IMG/VR virus record: IMGVR_UViG_2703718849_000002
Location: 1 to 32,276 of that record
DNA length: 32,276 bases
Reading direction: 5' to 3' (one strand)
Source: a virus
Taxonomy: Duplodnaviria; Heunggongvirae; Uroviricota; Caudoviricetes
Shown here piece by piece: positions 7,670 to 16,714 of this stretch (positions within the stretch are counted from its first letter, which is position 1; the number at the start of each line of letters is the position of its first letter). The notes beneath the pieces were generated by a model, which saw only the letters and a list, made by a program, of their open reading frames with translations, was not told the origin of the DNA and did not search any database. The position numbers and the translations under genes were made by a program.

Positions 7670-8028
7670 ACGAATATCAGTTTGTGCTTCCATACCCGCC
7701 GTCGGTGAATACCTACTGGCGAAGACGGGGAAGTCAATACTACATCAGCGATAAAGGCCAGAAATACCGAAAAGACGTTCAGCAAATCATCCGCCAACTT
7801 AAGTTAGACATTTTCACCAAATCACGACTCCGCATCAAAGTCATCGCAGACGTTCCAGACTCCCGCCGCCGCGACCTCGATAACATCCTGAAAGGTTTAC
7901 TCGACTCACTTATCCACGCCGGATTTGCGGAAGACGACGAGCAATTCGATGACATTCGCGTAATTCGTGGCGTGAAAGTACCAGGCGGAAGGCTTGGAAT
8001 AAAAATCACCGAACTGGAGAACGCATGA
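7666..8028 (+). CDS. rusA: RusA Holliday-junction resolvase
   Basis: 120 aa; PPSVNTYW…RRRDLDN…GGRL motifs of the RusA family. Confidence 0.85.
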   Translation: MNEYQFVLPYPPSVNTYWRRRGSQYYISDKGQKYRKDVQQIIRQLKLDIFTKSRLRIKVIADVPDSRRRDLDNILKGLLDSLIHAGFAEDDEQFDDIRVIRGVKVPGGRLGIKITELENA

Positions 8029-8213
8029 ACGCCACAATTCAAACGATACCAGAGCTTCTTATCCAGACACGAGGCAATCAGACCGAAGTGGCAAAGATGC
8101 TTTCCTGCGCAAGAGGAACAGTGCTCAAGTACAACCGAGACGGCAAAGGCGAGCGTCATGTAATAGTTAACGGCGTCCTGATGGTCAAACAGGGCAAGAG
8201 GGGAAGACGATGA
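8025..8213 (+). CDS. ninH: NinH-like protein
   Basis: 62 aa; GNQTEVAKML…RGTV…NGVLMV resembles lambda NinH; immediately upstream of Q. Confidence 0.7.
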   Translation: MNATIQTIPELLIQTRGNQTEVAKMLSCARGTVLKYNRDGKGERHVIVNGVLMVKQGKRGRR

Positions 8214-8833
8214 GACTCGAAAGCGTAGCTAAATTTCATTCTCCAAAAAGCCCGATGATGAGCGACTCACCACGGGCCACGGCTTCTGACTCTCTTTCCG
8301 GTACTGATGTGATGGCTGCTATGGGGATGGCGCAATCACAAGCCGGATTCGGAATGGCTGCATTCTGCGGTAAGCATGAACTCAGCCAGAACGACAAACA
8401 AAAGGCTATCAACTATCTGATGCAATTTGCACACAAGGTATCGGGGAAATACCGTGGCGTTGCAAAGCTTGAAGGAAATACTAAGGCAAAGGTACTGCAA
8501 GTACTCGCAACATTCGCTTATGCGGATTATTGCCGTAGTGCCGCGACGCCGGGCGCAAGATGCAGAGATTGCCACGGTACAGGTCGTGCGGTTGATATAG
8601 CAAAAACAGAGCAGTGGGGGAGAGTTGTTGAGAAAGAATGCGGAAGATGCAAAGGCGTCGGCTATTCAAGGATGCCAGCAAGCGCCGCATATCGCGCTGT
8701 AACGATGCTAATCCCAAATCTTACTCAACCCACCTGGTCACGCACTGTTAAGCCGCTGTATGACGCTCTGGTGGTGCAATGCCACAAAGAAGAGTCAATC
8801 GCAGACAACATTTTGAATGCGGTCACACGTTAG
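8210..8833 (+). CDS. Q: Late-gene antiterminator Q (lambda type)
   Basis: 207 aa, matches lambda Q as remembered along its length including the Cys4 zinc-binding region. Confidence 0.9.
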   Translation: MRLESVAKFHSPKSPMMSDSPRATASDSLSGTDVMAAMGMAQSQAGFGMAAFCGKHELSQNDKQKAINYLMQFAHKVSGKYRGVAKLEGNTKAKVLQVLATFAYADYCRSAATPGARCRDCHGTGRAVDIAKTEQWGRVVEKECGRCKGVGYSRMPASAAYRAVTMLIPNLTQPTWSRTVKPLYDALVVQCHKEESIADNILNAVTR

Positions 8834-8875
8834 CAGCATGATTGCCACGGATGGCAACATATTAACGGCATGATA

Positions 8876-8911
8876 TTGACTTTTTGAATAAAGTTGGGTA
8901 AATTTGACTCA
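8876..8911 (+). promoter_or_regulatory. Late promoter pR-prime with qut site (-35 TTGACT 8876-8881, -10 TAAATT 8899-8904)
   Basis: Sequence matches the lambda pR-prime/qut region as remembered, directly downstream of Q. Confidence 0.75.
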
Positions 8912-8940
8912 ACGATGGATAAATGCACTCGTTAAATAAA

Positions 8941-8969
8941 GCCCTGAGTTAATAGCTCGGGGCTTTTTG
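8941..8969 (+). terminator. tR-prime rho-independent terminator (target of Q antitermination); implies a short, roughly 60-nt, 6S-like leader RNA
   Basis: Stem GCCCTGAG/CTCGGGGC with U-run, about 30 nt downstream of the predicted pR-prime start. Confidence 0.7.
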
Positions 8970-9266
8970 CGTTTTAAGCACGGCCTTTCTGAAAGCACAT
9001 CAAACCAAATACCAGACAGACCAAAATAATCACCTTATCCGCTGTGGTTACGGTGCGGTGTGCTTTGCATAAAAGAAAACCAGCTCAATGGCTGGCTTCG
9101 TGAAATCGGGTGGCAGGAGGTTGCGCTAACAACCTCATGCCGTTTTGCCCGTGCATATCGGTCACGAACAAATCTGATTACTAAACACAGTAGCCTGGAT
9201 TTGTTCTATCAGTAATCGACCTTATTCCTAATTAAATAGAGCAAATCCCCTTATTGGGGGTAAGAC

Positions 9267-9590
9267 ATGAAGATGCCAGAAAAACATGACCTGTTAGCCG
9301 CCATTCTCGCGGCAAAGGAACAAGGCATCGGGGCAATCCTTGCGTTTGCAATGGCGTACCTTCGCGGCAGATATAATGGCGGTGCGTTTACAAAAACAGT
9401 AATCGACGCAACGATGTGCGCCATTATCGCCTGGTTCATTCGTGACCTTCTCGACTTCGCCGGACTAAGTAGCAATCTCGCTTATATAACGAGCGTGTTC
9501 ATCGGCTACATCGGTACTGACTCGATTGGTTCGCTTATCAAACGCTTCGCTGCTAAAAAAGCCGGAGTAGAAGATGGTGGAAATCAATAA
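9267..9590 (+). CDS. S: Class I holin S (dual-start Met1-Lys2-Met3 holin/antiholin)
   Basis: 107 aa, essentially lambda S105/S107 as remembered; ATGAAGATG dual start. Confidence 0.9.
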   Translation: MKMPEKHDLLAAILAAKEQGIGAILAFAMAYLRGRYNGGAFTKTVIDATMCAIIAWFIRDLLDFAGLSSNLAYITSVFIGYIGTDSIGSLIKRFAAKKAGVEDGGNQ

Positions 9591-10050
9591 TCAACGTAAG
9601 GCGTTCCTCGATATGCTGGCGTGGTCAGAGGGAACTGATAACGGACGGCAGAAAACCAGAAATCATGGTTATGACGTCATTGTTGGCGGAGAGCTATTCA
9701 CTGATTACTCCGATCACCCTCGCAAACTTGTCACGCTAAACCCCAAACTCAAATCAACAGCAGCCGGACGTTACCAGCTTCTTTCCCGTTGGTGGGATGC
9801 CTATCGTAAGCAGCTTGGCCTGAAAGACTTCTCTCCGAAAAGCCAGGACGCTGTGGCACTGCAACAGATTAAAGAGCGTGGCGCTTTACCGATGATTGAT
9901 CGCGGTGATATCCGTCAGGCAATCGACCGTTGCAGCAATATCTGGGCTTCACTGCCGGGGGCTGGTTATGGTCAGTTCGAGCATAAGGCTGACAGCCTGA
10001 TTGCAAAATTCAAAGAAGCAGGCGGAACGGTCAGAGAGATTGAGGTATGA
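9574..10050 (+). CDS. R: Endolysin R (lytic transglycosylase, lambda type)
   Basis: 158 aa, matches lambda R as remembered. Confidence 0.9.
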   Translation: MVEINNQRKAFLDMLAWSEGTDNGRQKTRNHGYDVIVGGELFTDYSDHPRKLVTLNPKLKSTAAGRYQLLSRWWDAYRKQLGLKDFSPKSQDAVALQQIKERGALPMIDRGDIRQAIDRCSNIWASLPGAGYGQFEHKADSLIAKFKEAGGTVREIEV

Positions 10051-10505
10051 GCAGAGTAGCCGCGATTATCTCCGCTCTGGTTATCTGCATCATCGTCTGC
10101 CTGTCATGGGCTGTTAATCATTACCGTGATAACGCAATCGCCTACAAAGAGCAGCGCGATAACAAGGCCAGTGAACTGGAGAAGGCGAACGCCACCATCG
10201 CTGACATGCGGAAGCGTCAACGTGATGTAGCAGAACTCGACGCAAGATACACAAAGGAGCTTGCTGATGCTAACGCGACTATCGAAAGTCTCCGTGCTGA
10301 TGTTTCTGCTGGGCGTAAGCGCCTGCAAGTCGCCGCCACCTGTGCAAAGTCAACGACCGGAGCCAGCGGCATGGGCGATGGAGAAAGCCCAGGACTTACA
10401 GCAGATGCTGAACTCAATTATTACCGTCTCCGAAGTGGAATCGACAGGATAACCGCGCAGGTTAACTACTTGCAGGAATACATCAGGACGCAATGCCTTC
10501 GATGA
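10047..10505 (+). CDS. Rz: Rz i-spanin (inner-membrane component)
   Basis: 152 aa, N-terminal TM helix and coiled coil; lambda Rz-like. Confidence 0.85.
   Translation: MSRVAAIISALVICIIVCLSWAVNHYRDNAIAYKEQRDNKASELEKANATIADMRKRQRDVAELDARYTKELADANATIESLRADVSAGRKRLQVAATCAKSTTGASGMGDGESPGLTADAELNYYRLRSGIDRITAQVNYLQEYIRTQCLR
10261..10452 (+). CDS. Rz1: Rz1 o-spanin lipoprotein, embedded in the +1 frame of Rz
   Basis: Signal peptide with lipobox (LLGVSAC) followed by a Pro-rich mature region; fully nested in Rz. Confidence 0.75.
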   Translation: MLMLTRLSKVSVLMFLLGVSACKSPPPVQSQRPEPAAWAMEKAQDLQQMLNSIITVSEVESTG

Positions 10506-10678
10506 TAGCGATAATTTTACTCATCATCCTTCACATCTGGCTCTGTAGACAGGATGGTGATCACTTCTGGAGTGAATCCAGATTAAACATCTCATTGCTG
10601 ATGCTTGATATTGAGCATCTTGCGCGCGGTAAGGGGCTGCGTTGAGATAAGAGCCAGTCATTACAAATACTAGGATTT

Positions 10679-10704
10679 AGCCTCGCATTTGCGGGGCTTT
10701 TTTA
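10679..10704 (+). terminator. Rho-independent terminator downstream of the lysis cassette
   Basis: Stem AGCCTCGC/GCGGGGCT with 4-nt loop followed by TTTTTT. Confidence 0.6.
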
Positions 10705-10848
10705 CATCTGCAGTAAACCGCGCATCGCAGCGCGTAACAATCCCGAGTCTTTCAGAAAGCTGAGCCTGAGAACTGCCGTATATGGTGGCGACCATCTCGG
10801 GGCGGCTTTTCTGTGCGAACAGGCTCATCTTTCTAAAAGGTAAACGCT

Positions 10849-11334
10849 ATGAATAACTTTGTTGAAATTACCTCAAGAATTGGTCGCATGTACCAAGATT
10901 TTCTTATAAGTGGAAAGGGGTCTGGCGACATCATAGAGGAAATTGACAAGCTAAGTGCAGAGCTGAGAAGGAATGGGTGTGTTAATTCTATCTTTTTTGA
11001 AACTTTGCTAAAGCAAGGCTTCATGTTTGACATGATTAATTACAACAAAGTCGCACCCAGTGCTTCGCAAAAATCATATGTGTACGTTCTGCATGCTGAA
11101 GATAGTGGGCTAACAAAAATAGGGTTTAGTCGCAGGGTTAATAAACGGATTTCAGAGATATCTCGCATGAGTGGTGGGAAGCTAAATCTAATTGCAAAGA
11201 TTCCGGCCGATAGAGAGCTTGAAACCAAATTGCACCAAAAATATTACAACTATAGGTCGCACGGGGAGTGGTTTAGTCTCAATCGTTGTCATTTGAAAGA
11301 GCTAAAAGAAATGCCTGGTAACGAACTGAAATAA
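10849..11334 (+). CDS. Moron gene: T5orf172/MUG113-type GIY-YIG-like domain protein (C-terminal half) with an N-terminal domain of unknown function
   Basis: 161 aa; C-terminal SYVYVL…KIGFSRR…RISE…H…EWF pattern typical of T5orf172 domains; visibly lower G+C than neighbours; flanked by non-coding DNA. Confidence 0.6.
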   Translation: MNNFVEITSRIGRMYQDFLISGKGSGDIIEEIDKLSAELRRNGCVNSIFFETLLKQGFMFDMINYNKVAPSASQKSYVYVLHAEDSGLTKIGFSRRVNKRISEISRMSGGKLNLIAKIPADRELETKLHQKYYNYRSHGEWFSLNRCHLKELKEMPGNELK

Positions 11335-11581
11335 TCCCCGGACTCACCAATTAACGGCAGTACCGCGAAACAACCCAAGCCAGTAAGTGGGGAAATAACA
11401 CTGGCAGCCACTGAAAGATGAACCTCCTGCCTTATGGCAAAAAAGATTCTTTGTGGTGGCGGACTGATGGAAAGACATCGGTTATTGCAGAGGCCATTCA
11501 ATGAGTGGTCTCGACAATGGCTTATACCCTACACGGGATAACTTAACTGATATCCCTTTTAACGGATAAACGGAGCCAACA

Positions 11582-11824
11582 ATGGCAGAGATTATTCCCA
11601 TGACTGAAGAACAGAAATTCCAGTTAGAGATTTACAAGCTGGTCATGAACCAGAACGCAGCCGCAGAGGAAGCATTTCAGTTCATTGGCACTGACGAACT
11701 GAAGCTTGAGCTATTCAAAATTCACTTCCAGTCAGGCGGCGCTAATTCAGATATCACGATCCGCACATTTGAAGCGGTACGTAAATCGAAGGAAGCGTTA
11801 GACCTGTTCACCACCGGAGCATAA
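11582..11824 (+). CDS. Hypothetical small protein immediately upstream of terS
   Basis: 80-aa ORF with SD (ACGGAGCC), ends 2 nt before the terS ATG. Confidence 0.5.
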   Translation: MAEIIPMTEEQKFQLEIYKLVMNQNAAAEEAFQFIGTDELKLELFKIHFQSGGANSDITIRTFEAVRKSKEALDLFTTGA

Positions 11825-11826
11825 AC

Positions 11827-12267
11827 ATGGCGCGCCCAACAAAGTATCAAGAGGCGTATGCCGAACAGGCACGCAAACTGTGCTTGCTGGGCTACACCGA
11901 TGCAGAGCTTGCTGATTTCTTCGAAGTTAGTGAGTCAACTATTAACAAGTGGAAGCTTGATTATCCTAAGTTTTCGGAGTCCGTAAAAAAGGGTAAGGCC
12001 GTCGCTGATGCAGAAGTTAGTGATCGTCTTTATCAACGCGCTATGGGCTTCGTGGCTCCAGACATCGATATTCGTGTTATTGAAAACAGAATTGTCGAAA
12101 CTCCGCTTGAGAAGTATTACCCGCCTGATACAACAGCTGCCATCTTCTGGCTTAAGAACCGACAGAAGGATAAATGGCGCGACAAGGTTGATCACGAGCT
12201 AACAGGCAAAGACGGCGGCGCAATTCAGATTGAAACATCACCGATGAGCACTCTATTCGGAAAATGA
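11827..12267 (+). CDS. terS: Terminase small subunit (Sf6 gp1-like, headful/pac type)
   Basis: 146 aa; C-terminal GKDGGAIQIETSPMSTLFGK matches the Sf6 small terminase as remembered; HTH-like N-terminal segment. Confidence 0.75.
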   Translation: MARPTKYQEAYAEQARKLCLLGYTDAELADFFEVSESTINKWKLDYPKFSESVKKGKAVADAEVSDRLYQRAMGFVAPDIDIRVIENRIVETPLEKYYPPDTTAAIFWLKNRQKDKWRDKVDHELTGKDGGAIQIETSPMSTLFGK

Positions 12268-13676
12268 CCTCGATTAATCCTATCTTTGAACCGTTCATTG
12301 AGGCGCATCGCTACAAAGTCGCCAAAGGCGGTCGAGGTAGCGGTAAGTCATGGGCAATTGCGAGGCTGCTTGTTGAAGCGGCGCGTCGGCAGCCTGTGCG
12401 TATTCTTTGCGCTCGTGAACTGCAAAACAGTATCAGCGATTCGGTAATCCGGTTGCTTGAAGATACCATAGAGCGGGAAGGGTATTCGGCTGAGTTTGAA
12501 ATTCAGCGTTCAATGATTCGTCATCTCGGAACGAATGCTGAATTCATGTTCTATGGCATCAAAAACAACCCGACGAAGATTAAATCGCTCGAAGGCATTG
12601 ATATCTGCTGGGTGGAAGAAGCGGAAGCGGTAACGAAGGAATCATGGGATATCCTGATACCAACCATCCGCAAGCCGTTTTCCGAAATATGGGTGAGCTT
12701 TAACCCTAAGAACATCCTCGACGATACCTATCAGCGATTCGTCGTAAATCCTCCCGATGATATTTGTCTGCTGACGGTGAACTACACCGACAACCCGCAC
12801 TTTCCTGAAGTTCTCCGTCTGGAGATGGAAGAGTGTAAACGCAGAAACCCGACACTGTATCGTCACATCTGGCTTGGTGAGCCGGTAAGCGCAAGTGATA
12901 TGGCAATCATCAAACGTGAATGGCTTGAAGCCGCAACCGATGCGCACAAGAAACTCGGATGGAAAGCGAAAGGTGCGGTTGTTTCTGCGCATGACCCGTC
13001 AGATACAGGGCCAGATGCTAAAGGTTACGCATCGCGTCACGGTTCGGTGGTTAAGCGCATTGCCGAAGGTCTGCTGATGGACATCAACGAGGGTGCTGAC
13101 TGGGCTACTTCGCTGGCGATTGAAGACGGCGCTGACCATTACCTGTGGGACGGTGATGGCGTCGGTGCGGGCCTACGCAGACAGACAACGGAAGCGTTCT
13201 CCGGCAAGAAAATCACCGCCACGATGTTCAAGGGAAGTGAATCGCCATTCGATGAAGATGCGCCGTATCAGGCCGGAGCATGGGCTGATGAAGTCGTACA
13301 GGGTGACAACGTTCGCACTATTGGTGATGTGTTCCGCAATAAGCGAGCGCAATTCTATTACGCGCTGGCTGACAGGCTGTATCTGACATATCGGGCGGTT
13401 GTCCACGGTGAGTATGCAGACCCCGACGACATGCTGAGTTTCGACAAAGAAGCGATAGGCGAGAAGATGCTGGAGAAGCTGTTTGCAGAACTGACGCAGA
13501 TTCAGCGCAAATTCAATAACAACGGGAAGCTGGAGCTAATGACTAAGGTCGAAATGAAGCAGAAGCTCGGTATTCCATCTCCTAACCTGGCTGATGCGCT
13601 GATGATGTGTATGCATTGCCCGGCATTGGTCCGCGAAGAAACAGAAATATACGTTCCCTCATCCTCCGGTTGGTAA
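12264..13676 (+). CDS. terL: Terminase large subunit (ATPase/nuclease)
   Basis: 470 aa; Walker A KGGRGSGKS; position between terS and portal. Confidence 0.9.
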   Translation: MTSINPIFEPFIEAHRYKVAKGGRGSGKSWAIARLLVEAARRQPVRILCARELQNSISDSVIRLLEDTIEREGYSAEFEIQRSMIRHLGTNAEFMFYGIKNNPTKIKSLEGIDICWVEEAEAVTKESWDILIPTIRKPFSEIWVSFNPKNILDDTYQRFVVNPPDDICLLTVNYTDNPHFPEVLRLEMEECKRRNPTLYRHIWLGEPVSASDMAIIKREWLEAATDAHKKLGWKAKGAVVSAHDPSDTGPDAKGYASRHGSVVKRIAEGLLMDINEGADWATSLAIEDGADHYLWDGDGVGAGLRRQTTEAFSGKKITATMFKGSESPFDEDAPYQAGAWADEVVQGDNVRTIGDVFRNKRAQFYYALADRLYLTYRAVVHGEYADPDDMLSFDKEAIGEKMLEKLFAELTQIQRKFNNNGKLELMTKVEMKQKLGIPSPNLADALMMCMHCPALVREETEIYVPSSSGW

Positions 13677-13678
13677 AC

Positions 13679-15805
13679 ATGGCAGAGACATTAGAGAAAA
13701 AACATGAGCGGATCATGCTCAGGTTTGACCGCGCCTATTCTCCACAGAAGGAAGTGCGCGAAAAGTGCATTGAAGCTACGAGGTTTGCTCGTGTCCCCGG
13801 AGGTCAATGGGAAGGAGCAACGGCGGCTGGAACTAAGCTTGATGAGCAGTTCGAGAAGTATCCTAAGTTTGAAATCAATAAGGTAGCAACTGAACTTAAC
13901 CGCATCATTGCAGAATACCGCAATAACAGAATAACCGTTAAGTTTCGTCCTGGTGACAGAGAGGCAAGCGAAGAGTTAGCCAATAAATTAAATGGTCTGT
14001 TCCGTGCTGACTACGAAGAAACTGATGGCGGTGAGGCTTGCGATAATGCATTTGACGACGCTGCTACTGGTGGTTTCGGTTGCTTCCGTTTGACGTCGAT
14101 GCTGGTCAATGAATACGACCCCATGGACGATCGTCAGCGTATTGCTATTGAACCAATATACGACCCGTCGCGCTCTGTGTGGTTTGACCCTGACGCTAAG
14201 AAGTACGACAAATCTGACGCGTTGTGGGCGTTCTGTATGTATTCGTTGTCACCTGAAAAATATGAGGCTGAATACGGAAAGAAACCTCCTACTTCTCTGG
14301 ATGTAACGTCTATGACCAGTTGGGAATATAACTGGTTTGGTGCAGATGTTATTTACATAGCGAAGTATTACGAAGTTCGTAAAGAGTCTGTTGACGTCAT
14401 CAGTTATCGACATCCAATCACTGGAGAGATTGCAACATACGACAGTGATCAGGTTGAAGATATTGAAGATGAACTGGCAATAGCTGGATTTCAGGAAGTG
14501 GCAAGGCGCTCAGTGAATCGCCGTCGTGTGTATGTATCCGTAGTGGATGGTGATGGTTTCCTTGAGAAAACTCGACGTATTCCTGGTGAGCATATCCCTC
14601 TCATCCCGGTTTATGGAAAACGCTGGTTCATTGATGACATTGAGCGTGTCGAAGGACATATTGCAAAAGCAATGGATCCACAGCGTTTGTACAACCTTCA
14701 GGTATCAATGCTGGCTGATACTGCAGCGCAAGACCCCGGTCAGATCCCTATAGTTGGCATGGAGCAAATTCGTGGACTTGAGAAGCACTGGGAGGCTCGC
14801 AACAAGAAACGACCAGCGTTCTTGCCGTTGCGCGAAGTGAGAGATAAATCTGGCAACATTATCGCTGGAGCTACCCCGGCAGGATATACACAGCCTGCGG
14901 TTATGAATCAGGCATTGGCTGCATTACTACAGCAAACCAGTGCTGATATTCAGGAGGTTACAGGCGGCAGTCAGGCCATGCAGCAGATGCCAAGTAATAT
15001 TGCTCAGGAAACGGTTAACAACTTGATGAACAGAGCAGATATGGCTTCGTTTATCTATCTGGACAATATGGCGAAAAGTCTTAAACGCGCTGGTGAAGTA
15101 TGGCTGTCAATGGCGCGTGAAGTGTACGGTTCAGAACGTGAAGTGCGCATCGTTAACGAAGATGGAAGTGATGATATCGCTGTCCTGAGCGCACAGGTTG
15201 TTGACAGGCAAACAGGGGCTGTTGTTGCGTTAAATGACCTTTCTGTCGGTCGATACGATGTGACGGTTGATGTTGGACCAAGCTACACAGCACGACGTGA
15301 TGCAACGGTTTCTGTACTGACAAATGTCCTTAGCTCTATGCTTCCAACAGACCCAATGCGTCCGGCAATTCAGGGTATTATTCTGGACAATATCGATGGC
15401 GAAGGCCTTGATGACTTCAAAGAGTACAACCGAAACCAACTGCTGATATCTGGCATTGCAAAACCACGCAATGAGAAAGAGCAGCAGATTGTTCAACAGG
15501 CGCAAATGGCAGCACAAAGCCAGCCAAATCCTGAAATGGTTCTCGCTCAGGCGCAAATGGTAGCAGCGCAGGCAGAAGCGCAAAAAGCAACTAACGAAAC
15601 TGCTCAAACTCAAATCAAAGCATTTACTGCCCAGCAGGATGCGATGGAGAGTCAGGCAAACACTGTCTATAAACTGGCTCAAGCCAGAAACATCGATGAC
15701 AAAGCAGTGATGGAGGCAATACGCCTTCTGAAAGATGTCGCCGAGTCACAACAACAGCAATTCCAGTCACCACCACAGTCTCCGGCAGACTTAATGCCGA
15801 GTTAA
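13679..15805 (+). CDS. Portal protein (P22 gp1-like)
   Basis: Start taken at MAETLEKK (13679) just after the terL stop; motifs such as GEHIPLIPVYG and RRRVYVS resemble the P22 portal. Confidence 0.9.
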   Translation: MAETLEKKHERIMLRFDRAYSPQKEVREKCIEATRFARVPGGQWEGATAAGTKLDEQFEKYPKFEINKVATELNRIIAEYRNNRITVKFRPGDREASEELANKLNGLFRADYEETDGGEACDNAFDDAATGGFGCFRLTSMLVNEYDPMDDRQRIAIEPIYDPSRSVWFDPDAKKYDKSDALWAFCMYSLSPEKYEAEYGKKPPTSLDVTSMTSWEYNWFGADVIYIAKYYEVRKESVDVISYRHPITGEIATYDSDQVEDIEDELAIAGFQEVARRSVNRRRVYVSVVDGDGFLEKTRRIPGEHIPLIPVYGKRWFIDDIERVEGHIAKAMDPQRLYNLQVSMLADTAAQDPGQIPIVGMEQIRGLEKHWEARNKKRPAFLPLREVRDKSGNIIAGATPAGYTQPAVMNQALAALLQQTSADIQEVTGGSQAMQQMPSNIAQETVNNLMNRADMASFIYLDNMAKSLKRAGEVWLSMAREVYGSEREVRIVNEDGSDDIAVLSAQVVDRQTGAVVALNDLSVGRYDVTVDVGPSYTARRDATVSVLTNVLSSMLPTDPMRPAIQGIILDNIDGEGLDDFKEYNRNQLLISGIAKPRNEKEQQIVQQAQMAAQSQPNPEMVLAQAQMVAAQAEAQKATNETAQTQIKAFTAQQDAMESQANTVYKLAQARNIDDKAVMEAIRLLKDVAESQQQQFQSPPQSPADLMPS

Positions 15806-15818
15806 CCAGGAGTAATCA

Positions 15819-16703
15819 ATGGAAAACGAACTGATCATCGACGGTCAGGTTATTGACCTGTCTGAAACACAGGAAAATGCAGAAGAAACCATCATCCAAA
15901 CAGAGTCACAGCCTGAGAATGAAAGCCAGGATGACAACGGAAAAGAGATGGCAACTGATCCTGAAAAAACCGAAGAGACACCAGAAGATTACGCCTTGCG
16001 TATTGGTGATGAAGAAATTCAGCTTAACGCTGACGATGATGATCACATTGACGGGCAACCTGCACCGCAATGGGTGAAAGATCTTCGCAAAGGCTTCAAA
16101 GAAACACAGAAAGAAAACCGTGAGTTGCGCCGCCAGCTTGAGGAAGCATTAGCCAAGCCTGCGGAACATCAGCAACCACAACCAGACGCTATTCCACCAA
16201 AACCGACTCTTGAGTCGTGTGATTATGACGAACAGGCGTTTGAACAGGCATTGACTGATTGGCATGAGAAAAAAGGCCGTGTCGAACAGCAGCAGCAACA
16301 AAAACTACGTCAGCAACAGGAATACCAACAGCGTTTCCAGCAAAGGGTAGAAGCGCATAAACAACGGGCAGCCAAACTTCCTGTGAAAGATTATCAGGAA
16401 ATGGAGGCCATTGTTCTTAGTGAGCTACCACCAATTCAGCAGGAAATCATCATTCACTGTGCAGACGAAGGCTCTGAACTACTCGCCTATGGCTTAGGTA
16501 AGAGCCAGCAATTACGCCAGCGTGTAGCCGCTGAGACAGATCCAATTCGCGCAGCATTCCTCTTGGGGCAGATTAGCAAACAGGTAAGCCTTGCTCCAAA
16601 ACCAAAGAAAGCCATCAAGCCAGAGCCGGAAGTACGTGGTGGCGGTGCTGATGCGAAACAAGACGAATTCAACAAATTATGCCCCGGCGCAAAAATAGAA
16701 TAA
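15819..16703 (+). CDS. Scaffolding protein (P22 gp8 analogue)
   Basis: 294 aa, acidic N-terminus, Q/E-rich helical region, basic C-terminus; located between portal and coat. Confidence 0.65.
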   Translation: MENELIIDGQVIDLSETQENAEETIIQTESQPENESQDDNGKEMATDPEKTEETPEDYALRIGDEEIQLNADDDDHIDGQPAPQWVKDLRKGFKETQKENRELRRQLEEALAKPAEHQQPQPDAIPPKPTLESCDYDEQAFEQALTDWHEKKGRVEQQQQQKLRQQQEYQQRFQQRVEAHKQRAAKLPVKDYQEMEAIVLSELPPIQQEIIIHCADEGSELLAYGLGKSQQLRQRVAAETDPIRAAFLLGQISKQVSLAPKPKKAIKPEPEVRGGGADAKQDEFNKLCPGAKIE

Positions 16704-16714
16704 GGAAAAGATAA

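Noticed and set aside
13607-13678. Upstream extension of the portal ORF (track start 13607) and of the tailspike ORF (track start 25822) and ninD ORF (track start 5733)
   Set aside because: The extensions overlap the preceding gene in another frame and lack SD sequences; internal ATGs at 13679, 25870 and 5793 sit right after or on the upstream stop and fit homologue N-termini
15230-15682. 150-aa minus-strand ORF inside the portal gene
   Set aside because: Antisense to a strongly supported portal coding region; Cys/Leu-rich low-complexity translation typical of spurious antisense frames
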